64,000 nucleotides of DNA from Thermoleophilia bacterium (GTDB lineage Bacteria; Actinomycetota; Thermoleophilia; RBG-16-64-13): contig JAOAGT010000003.1 in the NCBI GenBank assembly GCA_026415615.1, forward strand, positions 103,077 to 167,076, given 5' to 3'. How positions within the stretch are numbered: position 1 is the first letter of the stretch; each line of letters begins with the position of its first letter. The notes beneath the pieces are model-generated. The model did not search any database and was not told the DNA's origin. It saw only the letters and a program-made list of their open reading frames with translations. Made by a program: the position numbers and the translations under genes. Positions 9,231-16,940 of this stretch are shown here, piece after piece.

Positions 9231-9926
9231 ATGCTGCTGGCGAGGGCGACATCAATGCACTACCGCGTGTTCGATTTGGGCCTTGCCCCGTACTTACCTG
9301 TTCAAAAACTCCAACAAGGCTTTCGACAGGCCGTTACACAAGGCACGGTTCCGGGCGTCGTTCTCCTTTTAGAGCACCCTCCCACAGTCACTCTCGGCAA
9401 ACGAGCCGATCCGGCCGTGGACCTTCGCGACGCAGAAGAGCTGAGACGCCGCAAGGTGGCCGTGGTACGTTCGGAACGCGGAGGTCGCGCCACTGCACAT
9501 GCGCCCGGGCAGCTCGTTGTTTATCCCGTCGTGCCGATTCCTCGCCGAGATCTGCGAGCCTACGTATACGGGTTGGAGGAAATGGTCCGCCTGGTCCTCG
9601 AGAGACTCGGACTGCAAGCCCATAGGCGCCCGGGATTTCCTGGATTGTACGTACAAGAAAAGAAGATTGCTTCGGTGGGCCTGCGTTGCGAGAGATGGGT
9701 GGCAAGCCACGGCATTTCCCTAAACGTAAATGTGGAGCTTGACCTCTTTGACCTCATAGTGTCTTGCGGAGAGGCCGACCTCAGGCAGACAAGTCTTCAG
9801 GCGTTTACCGGAAACACCTACAGCATGGATGAGATCAAGACTTTATGCTGGAGTGAACTTCAAAGTGTGTTTGGCTGGAAACTTGACCCACCGGTCCGAA
9901 CAACTCTGCAAGAAGCGATGCCCTAA
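9231..9926 (+). CDS. lipB: Octanoyltransferase (lipoyl(octanoyl) transferase) LipB
   Basis: Motifs VVLLLEHPPTVTLG, RGGRATAHAPGQLVVYPV and the catalytic region EKKIASVGLR. ATG at 9231 is preceded by AAGGAAAC. The longer ORF-track start at 8910 has a non-protein-like N-terminus. Confidence 0.8.
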   Translation: MLLARATSMHYRVFDLGLAPYLPVQKLQQGFRQAVTQGTVPGVVLLLEHPPTVTLGKRADPAVDLRDAEELRRRKVAVVRSERGGRATAHAPGQLVVYPVVPIPRRDLRAYVYGLEEMVRLVLERLGLQAHRRPGFPGLYVQEKKIASVGLRCERWVASHGISLNVNVELDLFDLIVSCGEADLRQTSLQAFTGNTYSMDEIKTLCWSELQSVFGWKLDPPVRTTLQEAMP

Positions 9927-9937
9927 GAAAAGAGAAA

Positions 9938-10010
9938 TGCCCACGGCAGGATTCGAACCTGCGGCACCTGGCTCCGGAGGCCAGTGCTCTATCCCCTGAG
10001 CTACGTGGGC
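9938..10010 (-). tRNA. tRNA-Arg (anticodon CCG), 73 nt, no encoded 3' CCA
   Basis: The reverse complement folds as a canonical cloverleaf: acceptor GCCCACG/CGTGGGC; D-stem GCTC/GAGC; anticodon stem CTGGC/GCCAG with loop CUCCGGA (U33, anticodon CCG); 5-nt variable loop; T-arm GCAGG-TTCGAAT-CCTGC; discriminator A followed by TTT. Confidence 0.9.
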
Positions 10011-10023
10011 GTGCGGTAGCCCA

Positions 10024-10959
10024 TTATACCCGTTCCAGACGAGCTGGACCCTTTTCCGGGTATGGGACAACTAGCGTATCAAAGTCTTTCGGCAGGTAGC
10101 TGTCCGGGAAAACCTCCCGGGCTTCGTCACGAAGCTCACGCCAGCTGTGGCGGGAGCTTATGTGAGTAAGGATCAACGTCTTTACACCCGCAGCCGCAGC
10201 GACAAGAGCAGCCTCTCGGGCTGTTGAGTGCTTGGTCTCTAGCGCCCGCTCTAGTTCTGAGGAGCCAAAAGTGCTGTCGTGAACAAGCACTGTGGCAGAC
10301 CGTGCCAACTCAATCACGGAGGCGGCAGGCCGAGTATCGCCCGAGATTACAACCTTCCTTCCCTCGCGAGCTGCATCCATGACCTCCTCCGGCCTTATCA
10401 CCCGTCCGTTGGCAGCGGTGATTGTTTCCCCTCTTTGAAGCCGCCCGAAATCTGGACCAGGCGTGACTCCGAGCGCTATTGCCCTCTCGGGATGAAACCG
10501 GCCAGGACGAGGTTTCTCTTCGAGGGCCCATGCTAAGCCAGGAACTCCATGATCTGTAGCAGCTGTCCGCAACTGGTAATCACCCCGGTCGATTACGGCC
10601 CCCGGCTCTATCTCCTCTACAACAAAGGGGAAACGAGGCCGCCCCACTAGTCGCTCCGCATCTTTAAGTAACTCGTAGGTTCCAGGTGGGCCAAGCAAAA
10701 GTAGAGGCTCCTCTCGTCCCAGTAGACTGTAGGTTTTAAGCAGACCTGGCAGTCCCAAGTAATGGTCCCCGTGAAGATGGGTCACTAGAATCAAGTTGAT
10801 GCGCGCCAGACCCACAGAACGCATGAGCTGACGCTGCGTCCCCTCGCCACAATCAACGAGAATTCGTTCTGAGCCACGAGCAATAAGAATCGCTGGCGAA
10901 CCACGGTCCACCGTAGGTGTAGCACCAGCTGTTCCGAGAAAGACTAGGTGTAGGTCCAA
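10024..10959 (-). CDS. rnz: Ribonuclease Z (tRNA 3' endonuclease, metallo-beta-lactamase fold)
   Basis: FLGTAGATP, HLHGDHYLGLPGLL and a C-terminal HDSTF-type motif. Lies immediately upstream of a CCA-less tRNA. Confidence 0.85.
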   Translation of the reverse strand: MDLHLVFLGTAGATPTVDRGSPAILIARGSERILVDCGEGTQRQLMRSVGLARINLILVTHLHGDHYLGLPGLLKTYSLLGREEPLLLLGPPGTYELLKDAERLVGRPRFPFVVEEIEPGAVIDRGDYQLRTAATDHGVPGLAWALEEKPRPGRFHPERAIALGVTPGPDFGRLQRGETITAANGRVIRPEEVMDAAREGRKVVISGDTRPAASVIELARSATVLVHDSTFGSSELERALETKHSTAREAALVAAAAGVKTLILTHISSRHSWRELRDEAREVFPDSYLPKDFDTLVVPYPEKGPARLERV

Positions 10960-10965
10960 AGCGCG

Positions 10966-11568
10966 TTAACTGGGATTTTCTGCCTCAGGTTGGTTGGCGT
11001 CGGTATCCGTAGCCGCGCCCCTGTGGCCCCTGTTGGCTCTGCGGCTGCCGCGGACGATAAGCCTGATTCTGTCCGCCTCTGAGCCTCTGGGCCAGTGGAA
11101 GAACGTGGGGTTGCAGCAGCCAGAAGGAGCGTACAAAGACTCATAAGCCTGCACTACCGTAACCCGGCAATGAGGCAAAGGAGGTCGCCAGATCCGCAAA
11201 TATCCGTACGGATCACGCACACTCGAGGGCTCGACGCCATCTTTGAGAAAAACATCCAACACCAGCTCGGGTAGAAAAACCTTGTGCAGGCAGCCAAAGT
11301 ACGAAGTCTCGCCTTCCTGAAAGACATAGATACAACGACATCCAGAACGCAGACACTGCCAGGGTGATACCACCCTTTCGCAAATCACCTCGCACTCGCG
11401 GCATTCCAAGCGCAGTCGCTCACGCAGCCGCTGCGCGCGTGCACTCAACCATGTGGTGTCGTCCGCGTGTTTCATGCTTTTCAGTATACCCTGGATCCAC
11501 ACCTCCGTGCCCCAGTATGGACACACCTCACCCGCCGGTAGAACTTTCCCACCGCGAGCCCGGCACAA
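10966..11568 (-). CDS. Hypothetical Cys-rich protein (13 Cys; CRECEVICER...CLRSGCRC motif), function unknown
   Basis: It is the only long ORF filling the 570-nt space between rnz and the pilin-cluster genes. A more likely start is the internal ATG at 11475 (MKHADD...), which removes the overlap with the upstream gene. Confidence 0.35.
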   Translation of the reverse strand: MCRARGGKVLPAGEVCPYWGTEVWIQGILKSMKHADDTTWLSARAQRLRERLRLECRECEVICERVVSPWQCLRSGCRCIYVFQEGETSYFGCLHKVFLPELVLDVFLKDGVEPSSVRDPYGYLRIWRPPLPHCRVTVVQAYESLYAPSGCCNPTFFHWPRGSEADRIRLIVRGSRRANRGHRGAATDTDANQPEAENPS

Positions 11569-12664
11569 GTCTGGCCCGCCTCAGCGAGCAATCAGTGGCC
11601 CACCGCAAGACCGCAGGGCAAAAAACCACTGTTCCGCTTTCACCCACGTCAACCGTGCCCGTCGCCATGACGGCCCCACACACTGTTGTTCCGTCCAGCA
11701 GTATTGACCCCTCATCCACTACGACGACAGCCCGCACGAGCCCAAGACCCCGCGCGTCTAGATCAGCTCCGCCGGTCAGCACAACCAAGACAGGCTCCGA
11801 GTTGTTCCGCACATGCAGCGCCTTCTCGGGGAAAGACACGCGTCGCCCCGTGCGCGCTTGGATAAGAAACACCCCCTCTTCAGCAACCACCCCGACGCGG
11901 TCCCCTGTTTCAGAGAGAAATCCTGTGTCTTGAATCTCTGCCATCAACGACACTGCAGTGCGCCAGCCTCCATCTAATGACCATGGCTCTTCTAGAGGTA
12001 AGACCTGACAGTTCTCTGCTATTGGGGCCACAGTCTCAGGGCGAGTGAGGTAAGCAACCGCGGGCCGAGCAGGCCCTTTTTCCTCGTCTGCACTCGACGT
12101 GTCTAACTCGTCATCTGCACTCGAAGTGTCCAAATCACTTTGTAGCCACACCTGGCTTCGAGTGGGATCGGCCATGACCTCCGTCGCCACTACCGCAGCA
12201 AAGGGAAGGTCGAGCCCGTCTCGTCCTCGTTCCACCCACGCACTCGCAGCCAGAGCACAGATTTGGGGGTCGTGGCGAACCGTCGCTTCCAAGGCCCAAT
12301 TCTCGCAACCGGGAATCGCCTCAAGTGCGCCTTCGACCCGCCCCAAGCCCGAGAAACTCTCAGTCTCAACACGGCTCCAAGGAGTCGGCTGCCAGCTAAG
12401 TAGGGCGCTGTACCGAAGTAAGTCAAGCGCTTGATCTCTCGCCAGCATGAAGTCTCTCCCACGCCTCTCATCCGCTGCTGCCCTGTGTGCGCAGATAAGC
12501 ACCGTCGAAAGCACCTGAATAGAAACGGCTGTCATCAAGGAGGCCAACAGAACGAAAAGAAGAACGGACCCCTGCGCACCGAGAAGCAACGGGTGCCTGC
12601 TACCTCTGGGAATGTGCCCCTTCAGGGAAGCCACACTACCTCCCCACAGGAGCTTCTGTGGCAA
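11528..12664 (-). CDS. Hypothetical membrane-anchored protein with acidic 9-aa tandem repeat; possibly a GspK-like degenerate pseudopilin
   Basis: N-terminal hydrophobic helix (LLLGAQGSVLLFVLLASLMTAVSIQVL) but no Glu at +5. Contains the repeat LDTSSADDE / LDTSSADEE. It is the last gene of the minus-strand pilin operon. Confidence 0.4.
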   Translation of the reverse strand: MPQKLLWGGSVASLKGHIPRGSRHPLLLGAQGSVLLFVLLASLMTAVSIQVLSTVLICAHRAAADERRGRDFMLARDQALDLLRYSALLSWQPTPWSRVETESFSGLGRVEGALEAIPGCENWALEATVRHDPQICALAASAWVERGRDGLDLPFAAVVATEVMADPTRSQVWLQSDLDTSSADDELDTSSADEEKGPARPAVAYLTRPETVAPIAENCQVLPLEEPWSLDGGWRTAVSLMAEIQDTGFLSETGDRVGVVAEEGVFLIQARTGRRVSFPEKALHVRNNSEPVLVVLTGGADLDARGLGLVRAVVVVDEGSILLDGTTVCGAVMATGTVDVGESGTVVFCPAVLRWATDCSLRRARLVPGSRWESSTGG

Positions 12665-13253
12665 CCGACACGAGCGCGACTAGATCATTGTCTGTCATCC
12701 TCAGATGAAGTGTCACAGCTCTTATCAGGGACATAGCACTCTGAAGAACCTGCTCCCGCGTGGACCCATCCTCCAGGACATATGCGAGCCGAGATGGCTG
12801 GGCCACATCATGGAGCATTGTCTTGTTGTCACGGTAAAGGGAGTGAGCAAAAGTTTTCGGTCGGAAACTGGGACAAAGTCCCCAACGACGCATGAGACTC
12901 CCCGACGCAATCTCCCACTCAACAATGATGGGAGTCTCTGAATTTGCCTCGCGACGCAAAAATACGAGCTGGCTGGGACCCGCCTCCAAGATTGGGCCGG
13001 CAGTGGCAAAACGGCACCCGTGGGCTGTAGCCAGGCGGAGATCTCTTTCAAGCCGGGCAACGGCAACCCGCCCCTGGAGATAGCCGACCATAGCGTCGGA
13101 TTCAGCAGAGGCTCTCTTGGTTACCGCGAGAAACAGGAGTCCCGCAGCGCCAACCAGAACGACCGTAACAACTAGGCCGATCAAGAGCTCAATCAGTGTA
13201 AAACCGTTATTGCTCCTAAAAGTAGACATCGAGAGAACGCCCGATCTCCACAA
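12636..13253 (-). CDS. Prepilin-type N-terminal cleavage/methylation domain protein (minor pilin / pseudopilin)
   Basis: Class III signal MSTFRSNNG|FTLIELLIGLVVTVVLV with Glu at +5. A more likely start is ATG at 13229. Confidence 0.7.
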   Translation of the reverse strand: MWRSGVLSMSTFRSNNGFTLIELLIGLVVTVVLVGAAGLLFLAVTKRASAESDAMVGYLQGRVAVARLERDLRLATAHGCRFATAGPILEAGPSQLVFLRREANSETPIIVEWEIASGSLMRRWGLCPSFRPKTFAHSLYRDNKTMLHDVAQPSRLAYVLEDGSTREQVLQSAMSLIRAVTLHLRMTDNDLVALVSVATEAPVGR

Positions 13254-14055
13254 GCCATGACTGGCTCTGTCCTTCGAGTTCTACTGTGACCACTCCCTCC
13301 CCGGCGGGACTTATCGTCCGCAGCAATCCTTTGCACTCGTCGGCTACCGTGCAGGGCAAACCAGTGGTATGCAAACCAGCTGTGGACAAGAACGGGATGT
13401 GCACCACCGCGGCAGCCCAATCCGGTGACTGCCCAGCCGCGGGTTCCAGGTCGCCCCCAGAGGTCTCACTGCAACTTGCAAATGAAGCGCCCTGAGTTTC
13501 TCCGTCGGAGACTTCGCTAACAGTGATGCGCCACGGTGCCCCCCAAGACCCCGTCACCTTGTGGACCCGGAGAACCACCTCGTGTCCTGCACTAGCAATC
13601 TGGGGTAGTCCGCTTTTCCAGCATTCGGGCGGCAACGCGGCCTCGCCGTTGTTAACCAGAAACTCGCCCTTAAACCAGCCGTCAATCCACAGACCCACCT
13701 TCTTGTAGCAGCCGGAATCCGCGCCGCCCGCGGGCAAGTCCCAGTCGTCTGAAACCGCAACCTTGAGCTCGCCGCGTGCATTCCACGAAACTGACTGAAC
13801 TTGTTCTCCCCAACACCAAGCCTTCTTGCCGTTTGCTTCGGTAGACTCCTTCTCCGCAGAGTCTGTTGCAGTTGCGGGCTGCTGCTCGGTGCGAAGAGCG
13901 GCCGAAGCCGAAGCCAGCGAGGCCGCCATGCTCACGAGGAAAACTGCCATTAGAGACAACACGACTACCGCCGCCAGGACCTCAAAGAGGAGAAAGCCTT
14001 GTTCCATTTGGCAGCTGTGGCAGAGTGCGTCCAGGCTTGGCCGTTCTTTCGTCAT
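13216..14055 (-). CDS. Prepilin-type minor pilin / pseudopilin
   Basis: MEQG|FLLFEVLAAVVVLSLMAV (Glu at +5). A more likely start is at 14007. Confidence 0.6.
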   Translation of the reverse strand: MTKERPSLDALCHSCQMEQGFLLFEVLAAVVVLSLMAVFLVSMAASLASASAALRTEQQPATATDSAEKESTEANGKKAWCWGEQVQSVSWNARGELKVAVSDDWDLPAGGADSGCYKKVGLWIDGWFKGEFLVNNGEAALPPECWKSGLPQIASAGHEVVLRVHKVTGSWGAPWRITVSEVSDGETQGASFASCSETSGGDLEPAAGQSPDWAAAVVHIPFLSTAGLHTTGLPCTVADECKGLLRTISPAGEGVVTVELEGQSQSWLVEIGRSLDVYF

Positions 14056-14612
14056 TACTTATCTGCCTCGTAGTTTCGAACGGTGAATCCCGAGACTGGA
14101 CGAACCACCACTCTGTAGCCTGCATTGTGAGAGTGGAAATAGACTGACCCGCCCCCGGACGGCGCTGCAAACTCACCGCTAAAGCGGACTCTAACGCCGT
14201 CTGATGACTGCCAGGAAGCAGGGTTGGCTGAGATAGAACGGACCGTAGGAAACTCGCCGAGATCAGAGCGAGTGTCGCCACCGCTAGCAACCAGGCATAG
14301 GTCGGTAGGACCGGCAACTATGGTGCGAGAACCACCACGCCACATTACATCTATCTGGGCCCAAGCTGCCGCGGCCTGCCAGCACTGGGCAGCTCCTCGG
14401 GCGCTTTGCACCATGAAGCCAGCATGTGCAAATCTAACGGCGGCAACCACACAGATGGCCACAACGGCAAGCACCACAAGAAGCTCCACCGCACTGAACC
14501 CGTACGCAGGCACGATGGCGCCACTACTGTCAAACGACCTTTTCATGCTCGATAGAGTAAAGCCGGAGGGTTGAGTTGGTGAGACAACCTTAGTTGGAGA
14601 ATGGCGGAACAA
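14055..14612 (-). CDS. Prepilin-type minor pilin / pseudopilin
   Basis: MKRSFDSSGAIVPAYG|FSAVELLVVLAVVAI. The start codon of the ORF-track call at 14612 is TTG; a more likely ATG start is at 14546. Confidence 0.7.
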   Translation of the reverse strand: MFRHSPTKVVSPTQPSGFTLSSMKRSFDSSGAIVPAYGFSAVELLVVLAVVAICVVAAVRFAHAGFMVQSARGAAQCWQAAAAWAQIDVMWRGGSRTIVAGPTDLCLVASGGDTRSDLGEFPTVRSISANPASWQSSDGVRVRFSGEFAAPSGGGSVYFHSHNAGYRVVVRPVSGFTVRNYEADK

Positions 14613-14711
14613 GACGAATTCAGATCACCCAGCAGGCCGCCGAGGTAGTGCGGTTACCGCTTCCGTCTCCCGCGGCTCTAGAGGCGTGCACCCAGTCGGG
14701 CGAAGATCTAA

Positions 14712-15239
14712 TTACCAGCCGAGTTCGGCCTCTCCGTCAACCACTTTCACCTTGACATACCCGGTTTGCCTGAGGTCGACGGTGTTCACCTGGATGCCAA
14801 ACAGGTTTCCGGTAGCGCTGCGGGTAGCGATGTCCAACACGGTCTTGGACTCGGGATAGAACGCGACTTGGGATTGGGCCGCCTCCGCGGTCAGGTCTTC
14901 ACTTATTCGAGGGGGAGCAGTCGAGACCAGGTCGGAGTCGCTCTCTAGAAAGCTTACGCTCGGCTCTATCTTATTGAGCATGTCGGCCGTGATCTCGGCA
15001 TAGGACCCCGTCTCCACCAAAGCACTTTGCACGACAGTAAGAGCATTGCGCACGAGTGAGTAGGCAGCTGTGTCGGCTGCGCGCTCTCGCTGCCCCGCAT
15101 ACAGGGGAATGGCTATTACAACCAAGATCGCGATCACGATGATTACTACTAGCAGCTCGACGAGGGTGAAACCTGCTTGGGGCGCAAGTGCATGAGTGAA
15201 CCAGACTCTGGTCGGAGGAAAGTCTTTTTTGGCCGCCAT
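14712..15239 (-). CDS. Type IV pilin (major-pilin-like, PilA/ComGC class), paralog 1
   Basis: ...APQAG|FTLVELLVVIIVIAILVVIAIPLYAGQRERAADTAAYSLVRNALT. No Cys in the mature protein. An AGGAGAGG RBS precedes the start. Confidence 0.8.
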   Translation of the reverse strand: MAAKKDFPPTRVWFTHALAPQAGFTLVELLVVIIVIAILVVIAIPLYAGQRERAADTAAYSLVRNALTVVQSALVETGSYAEITADMLNKIEPSVSFLESDSDLVSTAPPRISEDLTAEAAQSQVAFYPESKTVLDIATRSATGNLFGIQVNTVDLRQTGYVKVKVVDGEAELGW

Positions 15240-15287
15240 GTGGTCGCCTCTCCTGCGTTTTCAGAGCGTCCGGTCTCACCACGCGCT

Positions 15288-15941
15288 TCAGCCAGCGGGT
15301 GTCTTCTTTAGAGTGATGCCCTGGGCGGCAGCCTGCTCGAGCAGCTGCTGTGCTTCATCAGCCCGCCCTTGGGAAGAGAGCAGTCGGTACAAGATCTCGT
15401 AAGAGCGAGCATAGCCAGGTTCACTCTCTATCGCCTTCCGCAGGACTGCTTCTGCCCTAGCTTCGTCGCCGCAAGCGATCAGCGCTTGAGCCCAGAAGGT
15501 GAGGTTCTTCGCGCTAGGCTCAAGCGACGCCGCCTCACCAAGCACTCTTGCGGCATCGGCCGGCCTTCCCTGATGATTAAGGTAGTTGAAGCCGAGCTCC
15601 ACGCGCACTTGGGCGTTGTCAGGAACAAGCGCAACCACCCGCTCTTGCATGACAAGCGCTTCGTCGTAGCGTCCTAGAAGTAGAAGACACACCGAGGCCT
15701 GTTCCAGCGCCTCCGTGTCCTCCGGATGTTCGCGCAGGATCTCCTTGTAGAGTGACAGGGCGTGTTCAATATGGCCCTGTTCTTGAAGCGCGCGGGCTTG
15801 TCCTGCGCGGTCGCTGCAGCCGGAGAAGGCAAGAATCACGGAAGCAAGCGCCACAGCCAGAACCAGGCCGAGGGCTGCCAGCGCTGCGGAACGAGCCCGC
15901 ATCCCAATGCCTAGATAATTTGTTGCTCTTCTGCCCTGCAT
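15288..15941 (-). CDS. TPR-repeat lipoprotein (PilF/Tgl-like position inside pilin operon)
   Basis: Signal peptide ending LAFSGC (putative lipobox), then at least four TPR-like helical repeats (ALSLYKEILREHPEDTEALEQ..., ARSYEILYRLLSSQGRADEAQQLLEQA). Confidence 0.65.
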   Translation of the reverse strand: MQGRRATNYLGIGMRARSAALAALGLVLAVALASVILAFSGCSDRAGQARALQEQGHIEHALSLYKEILREHPEDTEALEQASVCLLLLGRYDEALVMQERVVALVPDNAQVRVELGFNYLNHQGRPADAARVLGEAASLEPSAKNLTFWAQALIACGDEARAEAVLRKAIESEPGYARSYEILYRLLSSQGRADEAQQLLEQAAAQGITLKKTPAG

Positions 15942-15965
15942 GTCCGTGAACAGCCTACAGAGTAA

Positions 15966-15995
15966 GAGCGGGCGGCCCTTTGTGGTCGCCCGCTC
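15966..15995 (-). terminator. GC-rich hairpin (9-bp perfect stem GAGCGGGCG/CGCCCGCTC, 12-nt loop) about 90 nt downstream of pilin paralog 2
   Basis: Seen directly in the sequence. The flank is modestly U-rich on the minus strand (UUACUCUGU). It may act as an attenuator between the major pilin gene and downstream genes. Confidence 0.4.
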
Positions 15996-16086
15996 GTTAC
16001 TAGTCCGGTACCATGATCACCTTCGACTCAGCTACATGGCCACGAGCCTCTAGGCACACGGTACGTGCACATCAGCCGAACCTTTA

Positions 16087-16548
16087 TCACCAGGCCGCTT
16101 CCTCACCGTCGATGTAGAAGGTGTTGCCACCGTTGGCACCTTTATTTACCAAGACACCGAAGGTCTTGCCTGACTCAGACTTTGAACCGACCTGGTATGT
16201 GTCAGCCGTGCCGTCATAGTTCACTTGGTTCTGCGAGGCAAGTGCGGTCGGAGCTGTAGCGGCATTTGCTAGTGGCACGAACGTTATTGACGGCTCAATA
16301 GCTTTGAGTACGTCCGCGGTCATCTGGGTGGGGACAAAGGTTCTTAGGTCAACGTACGCCGATTCAATCGCGGTCATGGCGTTACGAACCAGAGACTTTG
16401 CCGCGGCATCCTGTGCTTTCTGAAGCTGCCCCAGGAACGTCGGGATGGCGATAGCCGCCAGGATGGCGATGATAATGATCACCACCAAGAGTTCGATGAG
16501 GGTAAAGCCCTTCTCGCCCCTCATCCTTTTACGGATCAGACTTAACAT
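16087..16548 (-). CDS. Type IV pilin (major-pilin-like), paralog 2
   Basis: MLSLIRKRMRGEKG|FTLIELLVVIIIIAILAAIAIPTFLGQLQKAQDAAAKSLVRNAMT. A strong RBS AAGGAGGAGG lies 6 nt upstream of ATG 16548. The N-terminal 60 aa are near-identical to paralog 1 and the C-terminal domain is divergent. Confidence 0.8.
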   Translation of the reverse strand: MLSLIRKRMRGEKGFTLIELLVVIIIIAILAAIAIPTFLGQLQKAQDAAAKSLVRNAMTAIESAYVDLRTFVPTQMTADVLKAIEPSITFVPLANAATAPTALASQNQVNYDGTADTYQVGSKSESGKTFGVLVNKGANGGNTFYIDGEEAAW

Positions 16549-16618
16549 TGTTTGCCTCCTCCTTGTAACGTACTACTTTGCTTGCCTTTTCTTGCGGCCT
16601 TTCCAGCCCGTCGCTACT

Positions 16619-16645
16619 TTGATCGGCATTTTGTGCTTGGACTTT
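16619..16645 (-). promoter_or_regulatory. Candidate sigma-28 (SigD/FliA)-type promoter, CTAAAG-N15-GCCGATCA, upstream of pilin paralog 2
   Basis: The reverse complement of 16619-16646 reads CTAAAG-(15 nt)-GCCGATCA. Against the consensus TAAA-N15-GCCGATAT this is 4/4 at -35 and 6/8 at -10. It lies about 70 nt upstream of the start codon. Confidence 0.25.
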
Positions 16646-16811
16646 AGCGGTCTTTTGGAGGCACACAACTGAGACTTTTGGCCGACTGCGGCCGATGACG
16701 CAGCGCTCGCCTAGCGCTTGCCTGCGGGGATAACGCCCATTCCTGACCGCCTGCTGCTACCCAGTCCTAACCCCCTGCCGCCGAATTGCCGTGGCTGGCT
16801 GGCGCTGAGTG

Positions 16812-16857
16812 GGTAAAACGACAATTAGGTAAAGCGACAGGTATATTTTGTCGATAT
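16812..16857 (+). promoter_or_regulatory. Direct repeat GGTAAARCGACA x2 (16812-16823, 16828-16839) overlapping a candidate sigma-28-type promoter TAAAG-N15-GTCGATAT (16830-16857)
   Basis: -35 TAAA at 16830-16833 and -10 GTCGATAT at 16850-16857 (7/8 to GCCGATAT). It lies about 85-130 nt upstream of the PilV-like gene. An AT-rich TATATT/TATATA stretch is adjacent. Confidence 0.25.
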
Positions 16858-16940
16858 ATACGAGATGAAAGAGGAAGCATGCCAAGCAACGAGGCTGAGC
16901 AACCCGATAAGCCTGAGCAATCGACTAGGCACACCTACCC

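Noticed and set aside
11364-12434. Plus-strand ORFs 11364..11933, 11453..11707, 12099..12434 and similar ones across the pilin region
   Set aside because: Pro/Ser/Thr/Arg-rich low-complexity translations, typical of antisense frames in GC-rich DNA. The opposite-strand genes carry clear prepilin signals.
16549-16700. Sigma-54 (TGGCAC-N5-TTGCW) promoter upstream of pilin genes, as in proteobacterial pilA
   Set aside because: Only partial TGG...GC matches at wrong spacing. The sigma-28-type matches are much better.
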